DNA of 64,000 nucleotides from Naegleria gruberi (lineage: Eukaryota). Positions 1 to 11,090 of the stretch are shown in pieces (position 1 is the first letter of the stretch; each line of letters begins with the position of its first letter). Location: the NCBI GenBank assembly GCA_000004985.1, contig GG738921.1; one strand, 5' to 3'. Under the pieces are notes generated by a model. It was not told the origin of the DNA. It did no database searches and saw only the letters and a list, made by a program, of their open reading frames with translations. The translations under genes were made by a program, and so were the position numbers.

Positions 1-75
1 TGCATTTGGGGAATTTTAGCATTTGGAATGTAAGTTGAATTTTAATAGAATTTGAGAAATTTTAACATGTATTAG

Positions 76-1227
76 GTGGTGGGGAGGTAAATTATTACAA
101 GATGGTGAAATTGAATTCCAAAACATGTTCAGAGTTTTCACATTGCTCTTAATGTCAGTTTTGGGTAGCTCACAAATTATGAGTTTCCTTCCAGATTTGA
201 CACGTGCCATTGCTGCCAGTAAGAATCTCTTAAAGGTCATTCACAGAAAACCAGCCATGAGATTTGGAGGTGGAATTACCCCAGAAAAAATTGAAGGAAA
301 GATTGAATTTAAGGATGTTTGTTTTTCATATCCAACTCGTCCAAATATTCAGGTTTTGAAGAACTTTACTTTCAATATCAAACCTGGTCAATCAATTGCT
401 TTAGTTGGTAGTTCAGGATCTGGTAAATCAACCATTGTTAGTTTATTGGAAAGATTTTATGAACCATCGAGCGGTAATATTATTTTGGATGGAAATGAAT
501 TGGCTGAAATTGATCCACATTGGCTTCGTAGTCATATTGGATTGGTTGGACAAGAACCTGTATTGGTAAGTTTTTTTATGAACTTTCGAATATTTATATT
601 GTGAAATAGTTTGGTGGTACTATTAAGGAAAATATTTGTTATGCTATTAGAAAGACTTCTATTGATCCGTTCCCAAGTGATGAAGAAATTATCAATGCTG
701 CTAAAGCTGCCAACGCTCACGATTTCATTTCCTCTCTTCCAGATGGTTACAATACCAAATTAGGAGAACGTGGTGTTTCCTTATCCGGTGGCCAAAAACA
801 ACGTATAGCCATAGCCAGAGCTGTCATCCAAAATCCTGAAATTCTACTTTTGGACGAAGCCACCTCTGCCCTGGACACAAACTCTGAAGCTGTAGTCCAA
901 GATGCCCTCAACAAACTCATGAAAGGAAGAACAACCATTGTCATTGCCCACAGATTGTCCACCATTGTCGATTCAGACATGATTCTCGTTTTCCATAAGG
1001 GTGAATTGAAAGAAGTTGGTACTCATGATCAATTGATGGATTTAGAAGGAGGTCTCTATGCAGAATTGGCCAGAAAACAAATGATGAGAAAGGAAGAAAG
1101 TTTGGATAAAATACCATCAGTTCCATCCGCCATTGATATGTATAAGGAAGATGAGATTGAGATGCAACCATTAGAAAAGATTCCAAGTACTGATTCGGCT
1201 GATTCGAATGAAGATTCTATGGTTTAA
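76..1227 (+). CDS. ABC transporter, B-family (MDR/P-glycoprotein-like) C-terminal nucleotide-binding domain; 5' partial, gene continues upstream of window. Exons approx 76..565 and 610..1227, intron 566..609 (44 nt), plus a probable further intron ending near 75
   Basis: Translation carries Walker [10 protein letters not shown], the Q-loop and [10 protein letters not shown], then the ABC signature [14 protein letters not shown], Walker [13 protein letters not shown] and the H-loop AHRL. The GTAAGT...AATAG intron restores the frame, giving EPVL|FGGTI. Stop is at 1225-1227. Confidence 0.85.
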
Positions 1228-1382
1228 TTTCGTAATTTATTAGAAATGTTGAAAGTTTTGTTATGAACCAATTTTGTAAAGTGTTGTGCTTAGTATTTGA
1301 AAATATTAACACAAGAGGGTAAAGAACTTATTNNNNNNNNNNNNNNNNNNNNNNNNNNNNNNNNNNNNNNNNNNNNNNNNNN

Positions 1383-3394
1383 GTTTCTTTCACTCTTTCG
1401 AATATGTCAATCATATCATTCATGCAGTGAAGTTGAATTTTTCTGAAGAATGGCAAAAGATCAGCATNTGAATCAATTAACCCTTGTAATTCATCATAAA
1501 TTTCGTCCAATTTAGGATGATTCAACTCAAGAGGTGATCCTTTCGTTAAATAGGTTTTCTGAATGTGGATTGCAATCTTCTTTCTGTTTTTTGGTTTCGT
1601 CCTGGTGATCCTTTCCACATCCTTGTAGCAGAGAATCGGTTCTGGACAATAAGACCTTCTGGCAAAGTCCAATATTATCGTAAAGGTCTTCTTATTGGCC
1701 AAACATTGTTCCAATCCAGAATCTTGATTCCAATCCACATGTTTCTTATCCGATAACCAAGCATACACTATTGGCAATGTTATACTAATCACCACATCCG
1801 AAATACTGTAAAACAGCAACACATTTCCATAAGGAATGAAAAAATCCAAAAATTTTGAAAATACTGGAATAAAACCAAACGCCACAAATATCACAATACT
1901 CAATAATTTCAATAACACCAAAACGAGTGTTTCCTTTCTCATATTCCACGTATCTCTATCTGCAATTATACACAAAATAATGAGAATTACCTCAACAACA
2001 ATGTAGAAAAATGTTTCAACTCCAACCAATATAAAAGTTGAATTGGTAATGCCACATCCTCTCTCCACAGTGAATAATCCACCATCATTAGTAAAGATGG
2101 TCGTTCCCTTTCTCAATTTCTGATCCCATTCAATTCCACCCATTATGAGAAATAGAATAACATGAAGTGAAAAGATAATGAAATAGCACAGTACAATAAA
2201 GAGGTTGCTCACGAAAAAGTTTAACACCTTTGCTCGTTTCATTTCCTTTTCAAAATCTTCCCTAGCTACAGAAAACCCATCACTGTATGTGTATGATTTG
2301 ACATCGTCATCTGCCATTGAATATTCAGTAACATCAAAATCCACCATTTTGACAGACCGATCAACGTCTTTTAAGGAGAAGTTACTAGCTGATTTCTTTT
2401 TAAGAAATGCCCTAGGGGAAGTGTTGCTACTTTCATTTCTTGTTAATGCTACTGAACTATCTATTGAAATATTCGAAACTGGACTAGTTGCTCCACTCGA
2501 TTCATTCATAACTCCATTCGACTGCACATCTGCATTATTTTGAAACGCCTCCACAATGGTTGTATTTGTCGATGTATTTGTTGTTGTATTATTACTAGAC
2601 TTGCCATTTCCTTTTTTAGTTATCTTATGAGCTAAAGATTCCAAATTCGTTGTCGATTTTCCAACCGTTCCACCAATCAACATTTTCATCTTTCTCAAAT
2701 TCAACAAGTGTAGCAATACCAATCGATAACATCTAAAAATTGCTGGAAGAATCAACGAAGGAGGCAAGACGAAATAGGTCACCGAATAAATAAAACATGG
2801 ATATTCTCTCCTACCAATTGCATATCTCAGGGAGGTCGAATAGATAATGAATGCACTTGCGAATAGTGTAAGAAACATGTAGACTAAACCTCTGGATTGA
2901 ATGTGTCGAGAGTTTCGTTTCCAATACAAGCCGAAACATGTCAGAATGAAGAGAATGGAATAGAAAAACATGATTGCAATGGAAAACGAAACTGAAAGCC
3001 AAGTTTCTGGACAAATCCCATAAATTACTGTTGCATTAGGTCCGTATCGACTAAAATCGCCCAAATTTAGAAGAATCGTATAACATCCATTGAGTGGATC
3101 TACAGTTGAATTAGTACTCGAGTTATTGAGTTGTTGTGAAGAGGATGATGAATTATCTAAATAGTTGTCAGCTTGATGTCGGGTATTATGTACTATAGAA
3201 TAGTATTCTTTCGAATCGAATATACGAATCAATGAATTCATTTGAAAATTATCCTCTTCGATTGACTGCGATGGAATTAATGTTTGATGACTGCAAATGC
3301 CGAATACTAGCAGTAGCACTGACAATTTTACAGCAATTTCCCTCAGCCGTTTGAAAGTCTGCTGCTGGCATTTGACAGGTTTAATTGCTGGCAT
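1383..3394 (-). CDS. Seven-transmembrane protein with a C-terminal RGS-like domain (AtRGS1-like 7TM-RGS architecture); 3' end runs into N-gap 1333-1382
   Basis: 688-aa ORF with seven hydrophobic ~20-25 aa helices, 3 before and 4 after a long N/S/T-rich loop. The C-terminal segment matches the RGS consensus: FARRSYCPEPILCYKDVE, IAIHIQKTYLTKGSPLELN, FFRKIQLHCMNDMIDIFERV. The ORF is truncated by the gap. Confidence 0.55.
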
Positions 3395-3803
3395 TTTTTT
3401 TAAGTGATCCTTTCATGCGTTTTTGTTTGTGTGCTTACAGCTGACATCAAACCTCGTTTGTCAGGTTTTTGGCCAATTTAGAAATTCAAATAGGCTCCCC
3501 AAAGGGAATGGTTCTTTATATTTCATCTTAATACTTTGCATCACCAATAATTCCACCTCCACAAGACTATTCTCTACATGTGCATTAAACAATTTTAAAG
3601 AATGCCTCGTTGAAAAGGAAAATTATTGGAGGAGATAACTTCTACTACAGAGAAGATTTCTTATAGCGCAGTGTAAGGTTGAGAAGAAAGCCAGTTTGTT
3701 TAATGTACGTGGAGTTCGTTATTAACAAACTACACACATTAAGCAATGCACATCTGTTTCAATTTCTTTGTGGTTAAATTGATATCAATTAATTCGTATT
3801 TAT

Positions 3804-4580
3804 TTACATGTGAGAGTTGGATTTGATTCGTTTGATTTCAATGACTGGCTTTGGAACAATAGTTTGAATGGTGGCAGCTCTACCTCTTGTTGTTGTTGTT
3901 GAATTAAATTCGTATGAGAAGGCAGAAAATGAAAGTCTCTTCTTACTAGTAGTATGGAAAGAAGTGGATTTGAAATCTTGATTGGTGGCAGATTGTTGTG
4001 GAGGTGGAGTATTCAAAAGCTCGAATTGAGGAACTAACAGAGTTTGTGAATTGGAGCTCACAGCTGGGAATGTAAAGTTGCCAAGAGGAGAAATTGGTGG
4101 AGTAATTTGATGGAATCTTGTGTTGGTAGTGTGGACAATTGACTTGGAAGGACTCTTTTTGAGTTTTGGAATCGATGGCTCTACTTCTTGTTGTACCGAA
4201 ATAATTGGAATGGTCAAGTGAAGATTGGAAGCTTGTTTCATCAGGATTGGTTGAAGTTTTGAAGAGGAAGCAACCTTTGATATTGGAGAGATGGAAATGG
4301 ATTTGGTTCTGACGAGAATTGGTTTTGGTAAGGCAGCAACACCCTTAGAAGAAGCAACAGCAGGAATGCCAACACTCTGATTGTCCCTCTCATATAAATT
4401 ATGTAAATCAAGTATATTCTCATGCATTAAAAAGTATCCATTCAAATCCAGCACACAACCTTCATACGATTGTTCAGCCAACATCACAACACATGTCCAC
4501 ACGGAGACCAATAAACCTTTGAGTAATTGCCAGAGTGCGCTATAGCCGATTAAACTAGTTGAGTAAGAAGTGGAAGTCAT
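3804..4580 (-). CDS. Hypothetical S/T/P-rich protein with N-terminal hydrophobic segment (possible signal anchor)
   Basis: 258-aa ORF from ATG at 4580. The N-terminus has a hydrophobic stretch, LLKGLLVSVWTCVVML. The rest is low-complexity S/T/P-rich. No recognisable domain. Confidence 0.4.
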   Translation of the reverse strand: MTSTSYSTSLIGYSALWQLLKGLLVSVWTCVVMLAEQSYEGCVLDLNGYFLMHENILDLHNLYERDNQSVGIPAVASSKGVAALPKPILVRTKSISISPISKVASSSKLQPILMKQASNLHLTIPIISVQQEVEPSIPKLKKSPSKSIVHTTNTRFHQITPPISPLGNFTFPAVSSNSQTLLVPQFELLNTPPPQQSATNQDFKSTSFHTTSKKRLSFSAFSYEFNSTTTTRGRAATIQTIVPKPVIEIKRIKSNSHM

Positions 4581-5228
4581 TCTTTATAGACAACAAAATA
4601 ATTGTTCTTATTGTTTTTCTTGTTGTTGTTGATTTTTTTTTCTGTTATTGTCATCCAACTTGCGTTTGACTCTCTTTATGTTGGTTATGTGTTGGAGGAG
4701 GAGCTTGAGATGTGTAATGTCTTACTAGAGTTAAATCGTTATAAAAAAACAGAATAAGGACAAAAGAAAAATAAATTACATGCAAAGAATGATTCAGCAA
4801 CTTATTTGGAATTTATTTTATGTTGTTATTGCTCAGCTTGATGTTGATAATTTCGGAATGGAAATTTAATACTCAATAAGGATTTAAAAATGCATATATC
4901 TCCAAAGTAAATTGCACCAAGATAAAATCGACTAATTGAATACTGTATTATTGTGTCCATCTCGTTCCTTGAACAATTAATATTAATTTGTTCCACAAGA
5001 GGTGCTTTTTAGTTGAATCTTGAGAGATAATTTTAATCTCAAATTTCAAGAAGTTCTCCTGCTCCATTGGAAGTGAATTAAGACACTCTCATAATTTTTA
5101 CAAATGCTCCACAGATTCTCATTGTATTAAATGATTTCCCAATCATCATATTCTTCATCAAATATCCCAATCACCCGATAATTAATTTATTTTGTTATTA
5201 AATTTAAGTATTTTTAATTTTATAAAAA

Positions 5229-6528
5229 ATGAACTCGCTTAGCCTTAATCTTACTTTGCATTGCGGAAGAGATCTTCCAAAGGTAAGAAGAAATTTCATC
5301 ACAATTTGATTTTTTAATGTTTTAAAATTCTCTATTGATTTGTTTACCATATGATGATGTTGTTGTTATTAATTGCATTGAATTTATGATCATCATTTAG
5401 GCCGATTTGTTATCTTCGATTGATGCCTATGCTGTTGTTATTGTTCCGATTATTGGAGGACAAACCAAAACATTTAAAACAAAATGTGTGCAAGATGACC
5501 CAAATCCTGATTGGGAATTTGATTTGTTCTGTACAGATGTGGATGGAACCAGAGATTGTCTTGTTGAAATTTGGGATGAAGATACTTTGAGAAATGAAAA
5601 GGTTTGCACTGCCATACTTTCTCTTGTTGAGTTGAAATCATCAGGCACATGGCTTGGAAAGCATATAGTCTTGAAATGCTTATCTGGATTCAAACCATTC
5701 AAGGGAGCTAAAGAGTGCTGTATTATCGTATCAGCAAGTGCTCACATTTCTTTTGCTGACCTCACTCGCAAAATCACATCTCCAAACAAGTATGTGGATC
5801 CATCAAAAAAGACTATTGTCTTCCCTTTCTCACCTCATGGTGACAATACTCAACTCTATATTAAAATTTCAGCTGGAAAGAGATTCAAGATTTCGGTTTT
5901 GGACACTTCAGAATTTAGAACAAGACTTGTCATGTTTGAAGTTGCTGGAAAGAATATCACTTCTCAAATTATCAAACTCAAAGAACCAAAGAAAAAGTAT
6001 GGAATTAGCTATTATAGAAAGATTAAGATGAAGAAGGCTGACATTAAATCATGGACAAGCGTCAATCTTTTGGTTTCTAATTGTTCACTAGTTGCAACAA
6101 AGGGTGTGGAAGCTATTGTAAATGAACATGGCTGGTATGGATCCATGACCTTTGATCAAGCTAAAAAGACTTTGAAAAATATTATTGTGGATGAGGAATC
6201 TAAGAGTATTTTCATGCTGGAAAACAACTTTAGCTATATGGTGGACTTTGATTCAGACAACTTTGACCAAAAGGTTTGTCTCTCTGATGAATACTCAGCT
6301 CAAGGATATCATGTCGAGTTTGTATATGCAAAGGGAAATAGATTGAGTATCACTTCACATGGAGAACCAAGAGTTCAAACCAATACAAGAGTAGTATATA
6401 GATATTCTTCACAAGTGAAAGACTCTGAATACGGCACTCCATTCTTCCAATTCAGTGTTGAACTCTATCACAAGATACAACCACAACTTTACCAACTCAA
6501 CAGCTATATTCCTTTAAGTTTGAATTAA
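5229..6528 (+). CDS. C2 domain-containing protein; exon 1 5229..5282, intron 5283..5400 (118 nt), exon 2 5401..6528
   Basis: Exon 1 MNSLSLNLTLHCGRDLPK joins exon 2 ADLLSSIDAYAVVIVPIIGGQTKTFKTKCVQDDPNPDWEFDLF..EIWDED, a canonical C2 beta-sandwich N-terminus. Splice sites are GTAAGA..TTTAG. A long ORF continues to the stop at 6526-6528. Confidence 0.7.
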
Positions 6529-9035
6529 ACTTTATTTTGTTGATCTATGAAAAACCTGCTCTTTACACATGTATTGGAACATTCAAGCAAGATAGATTGT
6601 GTCGAAGGAGTAATCAAGGAAAGGAAATAATCATAATCACTCCTTAGTTCTTCAGATGCGAATGCAAAATTGAGAGCTGAGGATGAAACAGCCATTCTAA
6701 CAATATCCTTATCATTTCTTAATCTATTAGATGCGAAAGCTAAAGATGTTGAATCTGAACTGACTGCCAATTTGACAATTTCTTCTGTATCTCTTATTCT
6801 ATCAGATGCATACTTTAGCAGCGAACCACTATTCTTCAAAATGAGAAGCATAAACTTTGTGTCATCATTTAAATTCAATAACAATTTCTCAATAATATGG
6901 CTATCAATACTTTCATGAAACCGTAAAATAGAGGCAATAATTGACTGTGATAGATTTTGTGGATCTACATGTGCAAAAATTCTACCATGACGTCCACAAG
7001 AGGTTAAAATTGTATCCAGTAAATCTTCATCCTCATAATTGAGCATTTCAAAAGAAAAATTGTCGTATGGGTAGAAAACACCAGAATATATCTTGATGAT
7101 ATTCACGTGACTTGAATTAAAGTAGGCAAGGGATGCTTCTTGTAGCCGTTTCACAAAGGGAAGGTAAATCTCTCCCATATTGCAAAAAAAGTAATTCGTA
7201 CCCTTAACTGATTTGGAGCATGGATCCATGCAATAGAGAGCATATTCACCATAATAATCCAATAATTTTTCATTGAAATGATCTCCATAGATGGAAATAA
7301 AGTATTCTCTATCAAAAAATAGCATTGGATGAGCATATTGCAATGAGGGTTTCTTTTGTGATGGTGGCCTGAGCTGTTGATGAAGTAAGACAAGCTCGGT
7401 CTTGAATTCATCCTTTCCAAAAGAACGACAAATAATCATCTCATAAACTTTTTCCTCTCTAAATCCTTGTTTCAATGCCATATTTACACATTCCTTAATT
7501 ATTTCAATGTTTCCCCTTAATGATCTCGAAAAATTTGCAAATGAGAGAGCATTTCTGCTTGTGGCAAATCTCATAAATTCTGAATTGTTCTTTAAATTAT
7601 CAGAAGCAAACTCTATTATTCTCCAATCAATATCATACATCTGTTTGACAAATTCAAAGTCATCTCTCAATTCCAAAGTAGCACACTTAAAAAATGTATA
7701 GCTCCTTCTCACCAACAGTTCAATAAGATGATGATTAGATCTTAATTCTTTAGGAAATTGCATTGCCGTTTTTAAATCAAATGCTGGTAGAATTGATTTG
7801 ATGAATTCTGCATTCTTCCTTATTGAATCACCAAATAAATTCAATATACTTCCATTTTTAGATAAAAGTTCTTTAGCAACAGAAATGGAATTACGAATCT
7901 CTTTCGATACAAACTCAATCAATTCGTGTTCCCTCTTCAATATTGGTAGTATCAAATCTAAATTGCTCCTCAATCTCTCAGATGCATATTTGAGGGCTTT
8001 TGGGTAGAGTCTTGTGACAATTTGTAAAATCTCCTCGTCATCTACCTCAAAGGATCCATCAAAAACATTTTTCAATACACCTAAATCATCTTTGGCATAC
8101 CTGACTACTTCCTTGATGGTGAAAAATCGTTTTGGAATGAAAGAGGGTGGCAATAGCTCCTTCTCAACTACCATTCTCCAAAATTCTTCTCCTTGTGGTT
8201 GGTAGAGTTGTGAAAATTGCTTGTTGTTATCCTTGTTCATTACCAATTTGAGAGCTAGCTCTGAATATATCTCCTTTTTAATCCATTTACATACGTTCAA
8301 CTCTCCATTCTCCAGTGCAGTGCCTACTATCTCTGGGTCTGCTTTAAATTTTGAATTTGAATATCTGAGCACTGATCCGTAATATTTTACAGCTTGTAAC
8401 ACCAATTCCCTATTCGACTTGATTTCTTTTGCCTTCTTTTTCAATTCTGTATCATTTCTCAATTTTTCACACGTCACATATTTGAATATTCTTGTAGTAA
8501 ACCTAAACAATCCAACAATTCCCAACTCATCCTCATCAGAAAAATCAATTTTTCTCCTCACTTTCTGCAAATCATTTCCACACTCAGATAAATCCAAAGC
8601 AGCTTCCAATAATTCTCTATCAGATCGTAACTCTTTACTGGCAGAACGAAAGCAAACCTGATGCTCCTTCACCACACTCATCATAAACTGCCTATCACTC
8701 GTCAATTGCTGTGATGCATATCTAATCAACCACCCTCTCAACATGATCAATTTCTTCATAAATCCAAAATCATTATTTTCAATCAATGGAAATCTTTTCA
8801 CAAAACATCTCACCGAATAATTATCCTCACACTTTTTCAAACATTCAATATATTCCATCTTTTTTTTAAATAATGCTAATTGATCAATTAATCGGAATTT
8901 TCGTAATTTGTGGAAATTAATATTGTGTGAGTAGAGGTTGGAATTCTTGCATGGTTCCGAGAGGTCATCGAGTAGAATAATAACTGGTTCTCGCCATGAT
9001 GATGATGGTACCATCATTGGCATGGTTGTGTCCAT
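6525..9035 (-). CDS. DUF4116-repeat protein (at least 10 tandem repeats of the [FY]AS.ELR.D.E.V..AV unit), single exon
   Basis: 836-aa ORF. Repeats are YASQQLTSDRQFMMSVVKEH, SASKELRSDRELLEAALD, YASERLRSNLDL, FASDNLKNNSEFMRFA, YASDRIRDTEEIVKLAV, FASNRLRNDKDIVRMAV and FASEELRSDYDYF. The stop codon overlaps the stop of the convergent C2 gene by 4 bp. Confidence 0.75.
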   Translation of the reverse strand: MDTTMPMMVPSSSWREPVIILLDDLSEPCKNSNLYSHNINFHKLRKFRLIDQLALFKKKMEYIECLKKCEDNYSVRCFVKRFPLIENNDFGFMKKLIMLRGWLIRYASQQLTSDRQFMMSVVKEHQVCFRSASKELRSDRELLEAALDLSECGNDLQKVRRKIDFSDEDELGIVGLFRFTTRIFKYVTCEKLRNDTELKKKAKEIKSNRELVLQAVKYYGSVLRYSNSKFKADPEIVGTALENGELNVCKWIKKEIYSELALKLVMNKDNNKQFSQLYQPQGEEFWRMVVEKELLPPSFIPKRFFTIKEVVRYAKDDLGVLKNVFDGSFEVDDEEILQIVTRLYPKALKYASERLRSNLDLILPILKREHELIEFVSKEIRNSISVAKELLSKNGSILNLFGDSIRKNAEFIKSILPAFDLKTAMQFPKELRSNHHLIELLVRRSYTFFKCATLELRDDFEFVKQMYDIDWRIIEFASDNLKNNSEFMRFATSRNALSFANFSRSLRGNIEIIKECVNMALKQGFREEKVYEMIICRSFGKDEFKTELVLLHQQLRPPSQKKPSLQYAHPMLFFDREYFISIYGDHFNEKLLDYYGEYALYCMDPCSKSVKGTNYFFCNMGEIYLPFVKRLQEASLAYFNSSHVNIIKIYSGVFYPYDNFSFEMLNYEDEDLLDTILTSCGRHGRIFAHVDPQNLSQSIIASILRFHESIDSHIIEKLLLNLNDDTKFMLLILKNSGSLLKYASDRIRDTEEIVKLAVSSDSTSLAFASNRLRNDKDIVRMAVSSSALNFAFASEELRSDYDYFLSLITPSTQSILLECSNTCVKSRFFIDQQNKV

Positions 9036-9199
9036 CTCTTGCTTTATTTTTTTTAAAATTCTGTTTACAAAGAATTATTTAATGAAATAATCCACTTCCA
9101 AGTACCCAAATGTTCATGACATATATAATAATGATGATGACAGGTTTAAAGTTCCCCAAAATTATTTCCATGAACATTTGAGTACTTGGAAGTGGATTC

Positions 9200-10162
9200 T
9201 CATCTTTGCATTTCAGTACTGTGTGAAATACAAGTATAGCCAGTGAGTATCATTATTTTAATTGGATCGATAGTTCTATTCCATTCCAATAAGATACTCT
9301 CCTGAAAAACTTTAGTTTCATTTAGTCTCTTTAGGGCGCTTGTTTTAACAATGGATGCATTTTGTAATCGATGTAAAATGATTAGATTTTCAATGGATTT
9401 CTGTGCATTTTCAATGGAAATCTCAATTTCACCTCTTTTTAAATCAATCTTGTTGATTACGAAAACTATCGAAAAAGAGTTTCGTTTTTTAAAACGAATT
9501 ATATCACAAAGAATCTTGTTTAAACTTTGGACTGAATCCTTTTGATCCAAGCTACAAACAAGCACGAAACACGACTGTTCCGTACACATTTTCCTAACTT
9601 CTTCTTCTCTTTTTTCCTTTTCGTCTTGCACTTCATAATAATCTTTTTCCATTATTAGAATGTTAAAATTACATTCAAATTATATTTTCGTACCTAGTTC
9701 TTTAACTCTAATAGTCAATTCTACACCATCAATCTCTAATTTTATCCTCCTTGAAGACAATATCTTCCTATTAGGCGATCTATCAAATAATCCATCAGCA
9801 ACTCGCCTCACAATACACCTCTTTCCAACATTGTCAATTCCCAAAAGAAGAGCAAACATTTCCTTTTCTGGTTTGGATTTCATCCTTAATTTTCTCTTCA
9901 TGCACGAAATTAAAACTTTTCTTCGCATTGAAACCTTTGGATTGGAAAGAATTTTGTAAATTGCTTCAAACTCATGATGGTGTTGTCTGAAATAGAGTGT
10001 ATCCTTCATTTCCTTTTTCTGTTTCAAATTCTGTACATCTTTCCAGGTTTCCATGTCCAATTCCTTGTCCACATCACATTCATATCTAAACAATTTAAAT
10101 TTCATCATGAAATAATTCCACCAAAACTCATCAAAATAATCATCAAGATCCTGCATATGCAT
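9200..10162 (-). CDS. Atypical Ras-superfamily small GTPase-like protein with ~100-aa N-terminal extension; exons approx 9694..10162 and 9200..9642, intron approx 9643..9693 (51 nt)
   Basis: P-loop LLLGIDNVGKRCIV (G1) lies in the upstream ORF. The NKxD motif FVINKIDL (G4) and TSALK (G5, SAK-like) lie in the downstream ORF. Both ORFs share one frame, separated only by a stop that sits inside a GTACG..AAAAAG 51-nt intron. The switch II DxxGQ is absent or degenerate (YEVQDEKEK). Confidence 0.5.
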
Positions 10163-10477
10163 TGCATATTAAACATATCCCAATGATACCCAAGAATATC
10201 CAAATCATCATCTTGATCATTCCTAATAAACTTCATTATCAAGAGAAGAATTTCTGGAGGTAAGGAAGTAAAAAGTTCTCGTTTCATTTTTTTTTAGAAA
10301 AGTTCATCGGGTTTGAGGCATTTAAAAAAAATGAGGTACAAACTTTGATTTATATATAGCTCAATATAAATTATTAAAATTCAAAAATTGAGAATATTGT
10401 ATAATGGTATGCCTAGGTTACAATTTGAAACAATGAGTGACTCAATTGTTATGATGATTAAAAATTAATGTTATGAC

Positions 10478-10864
10478 TGCGTCGACCGGGAATTGAAATT
10501 CCTTTTTAGGAATATTATATTTAATATTTAAATAGTTTACAATATTGAATAATGAACAACGTGTAAATGTGTTGAAGTAGGGTACCCGTGAGTCGATTCA
10601 CCATATTTGGAAAGGTACCATTCAAGAACAACAACAATAAATGTATTTAATATTAATTATTTGATACCGGGAGTCGCTTTTCCTTTTTGGGAATGTTGTA
10701 TGTGTGTTATAAACTGGTCGACGCATTTAAAATTTTTTAATTTTTTTAAAAAAATGAAATTGGGTAACGGGAGACGGTTTACTATATATGGAACATTCAA
10801 ACATACAATTGAACCCGGGTCACGGCGATGGCAACGCCGTATTCTACCACTAAACCATCGACGC
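10478..10864 (-). tRNA. tRNA-Gly(GCC) gene interrupted in the T-loop: 5' part (nt 1-58, acceptor through T-loop) at 10864..10807, 3' part (T-loop, T-stem 3', acceptor 3', discriminator; 20 nt) at 10497..10478
   Basis: The minus strand reads GCGTCGA TG GTTT AGTGGTA GAAT A CGGCG TTGCCAT CGCCG TGAC CCGGG TTCAATT. The remote piece reads TTCAATT CCCGG TCGACGC A. Joining them gives a perfect cloverleaf with anticodon GCC and a D-arm nearly identical to metazoan tRNA-Gly-GCC. The 7-nt TTCAATT is present at both junctions. Confidence 0.6.
10498..10806. repeat. 309-bp insert inside the tRNA-Gly T-loop, flanked by 7-bp direct repeat AATTGAA (+ strand 10491-10497 and 10807-10813); contains 3-4 degenerate ~85-100-bp tandem units
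   Basis: Units start near 10483, 10582, 10666 and 10767. They share the motif ACCGGGA..TCG..TTT.C.TTTTTGGAAT. The first unit is the tRNA 3'-end/insert junction itself. There is also a GGTACC..GGTACC hairpin. ORFs 10607..10954 and 10657..10893 overlap here and are treated as spurious. Confidence 0.5.
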
Positions 10865-11090
10865 TTCACGTTCATTTGGAATGAAATGAACATCTCAAGA
10901 ACAATAATTGCTTATATTTTAATACTGGATTTTTGTGAAACAATTAATCCATGAATGTGCAAAGTTTAACCGACCAATGCTACTTTGTGCCTCGAATGTA
11001 CTTCCAAATTCAAATGGTCCTGCCTCAAAAGATGCTTCCAAATTAAGCAACGGGACACAGTAGTAACTTTTGATTACGTAACAAAACAAA

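Noticed and set aside
10607-10954. ORFs 10607..10954 (+) and 10657..10893 (-).
   Set aside because: They overlap the interrupted tRNA-Gly gene and its tandem-repeat insert, which is a better explanation of this sequence.
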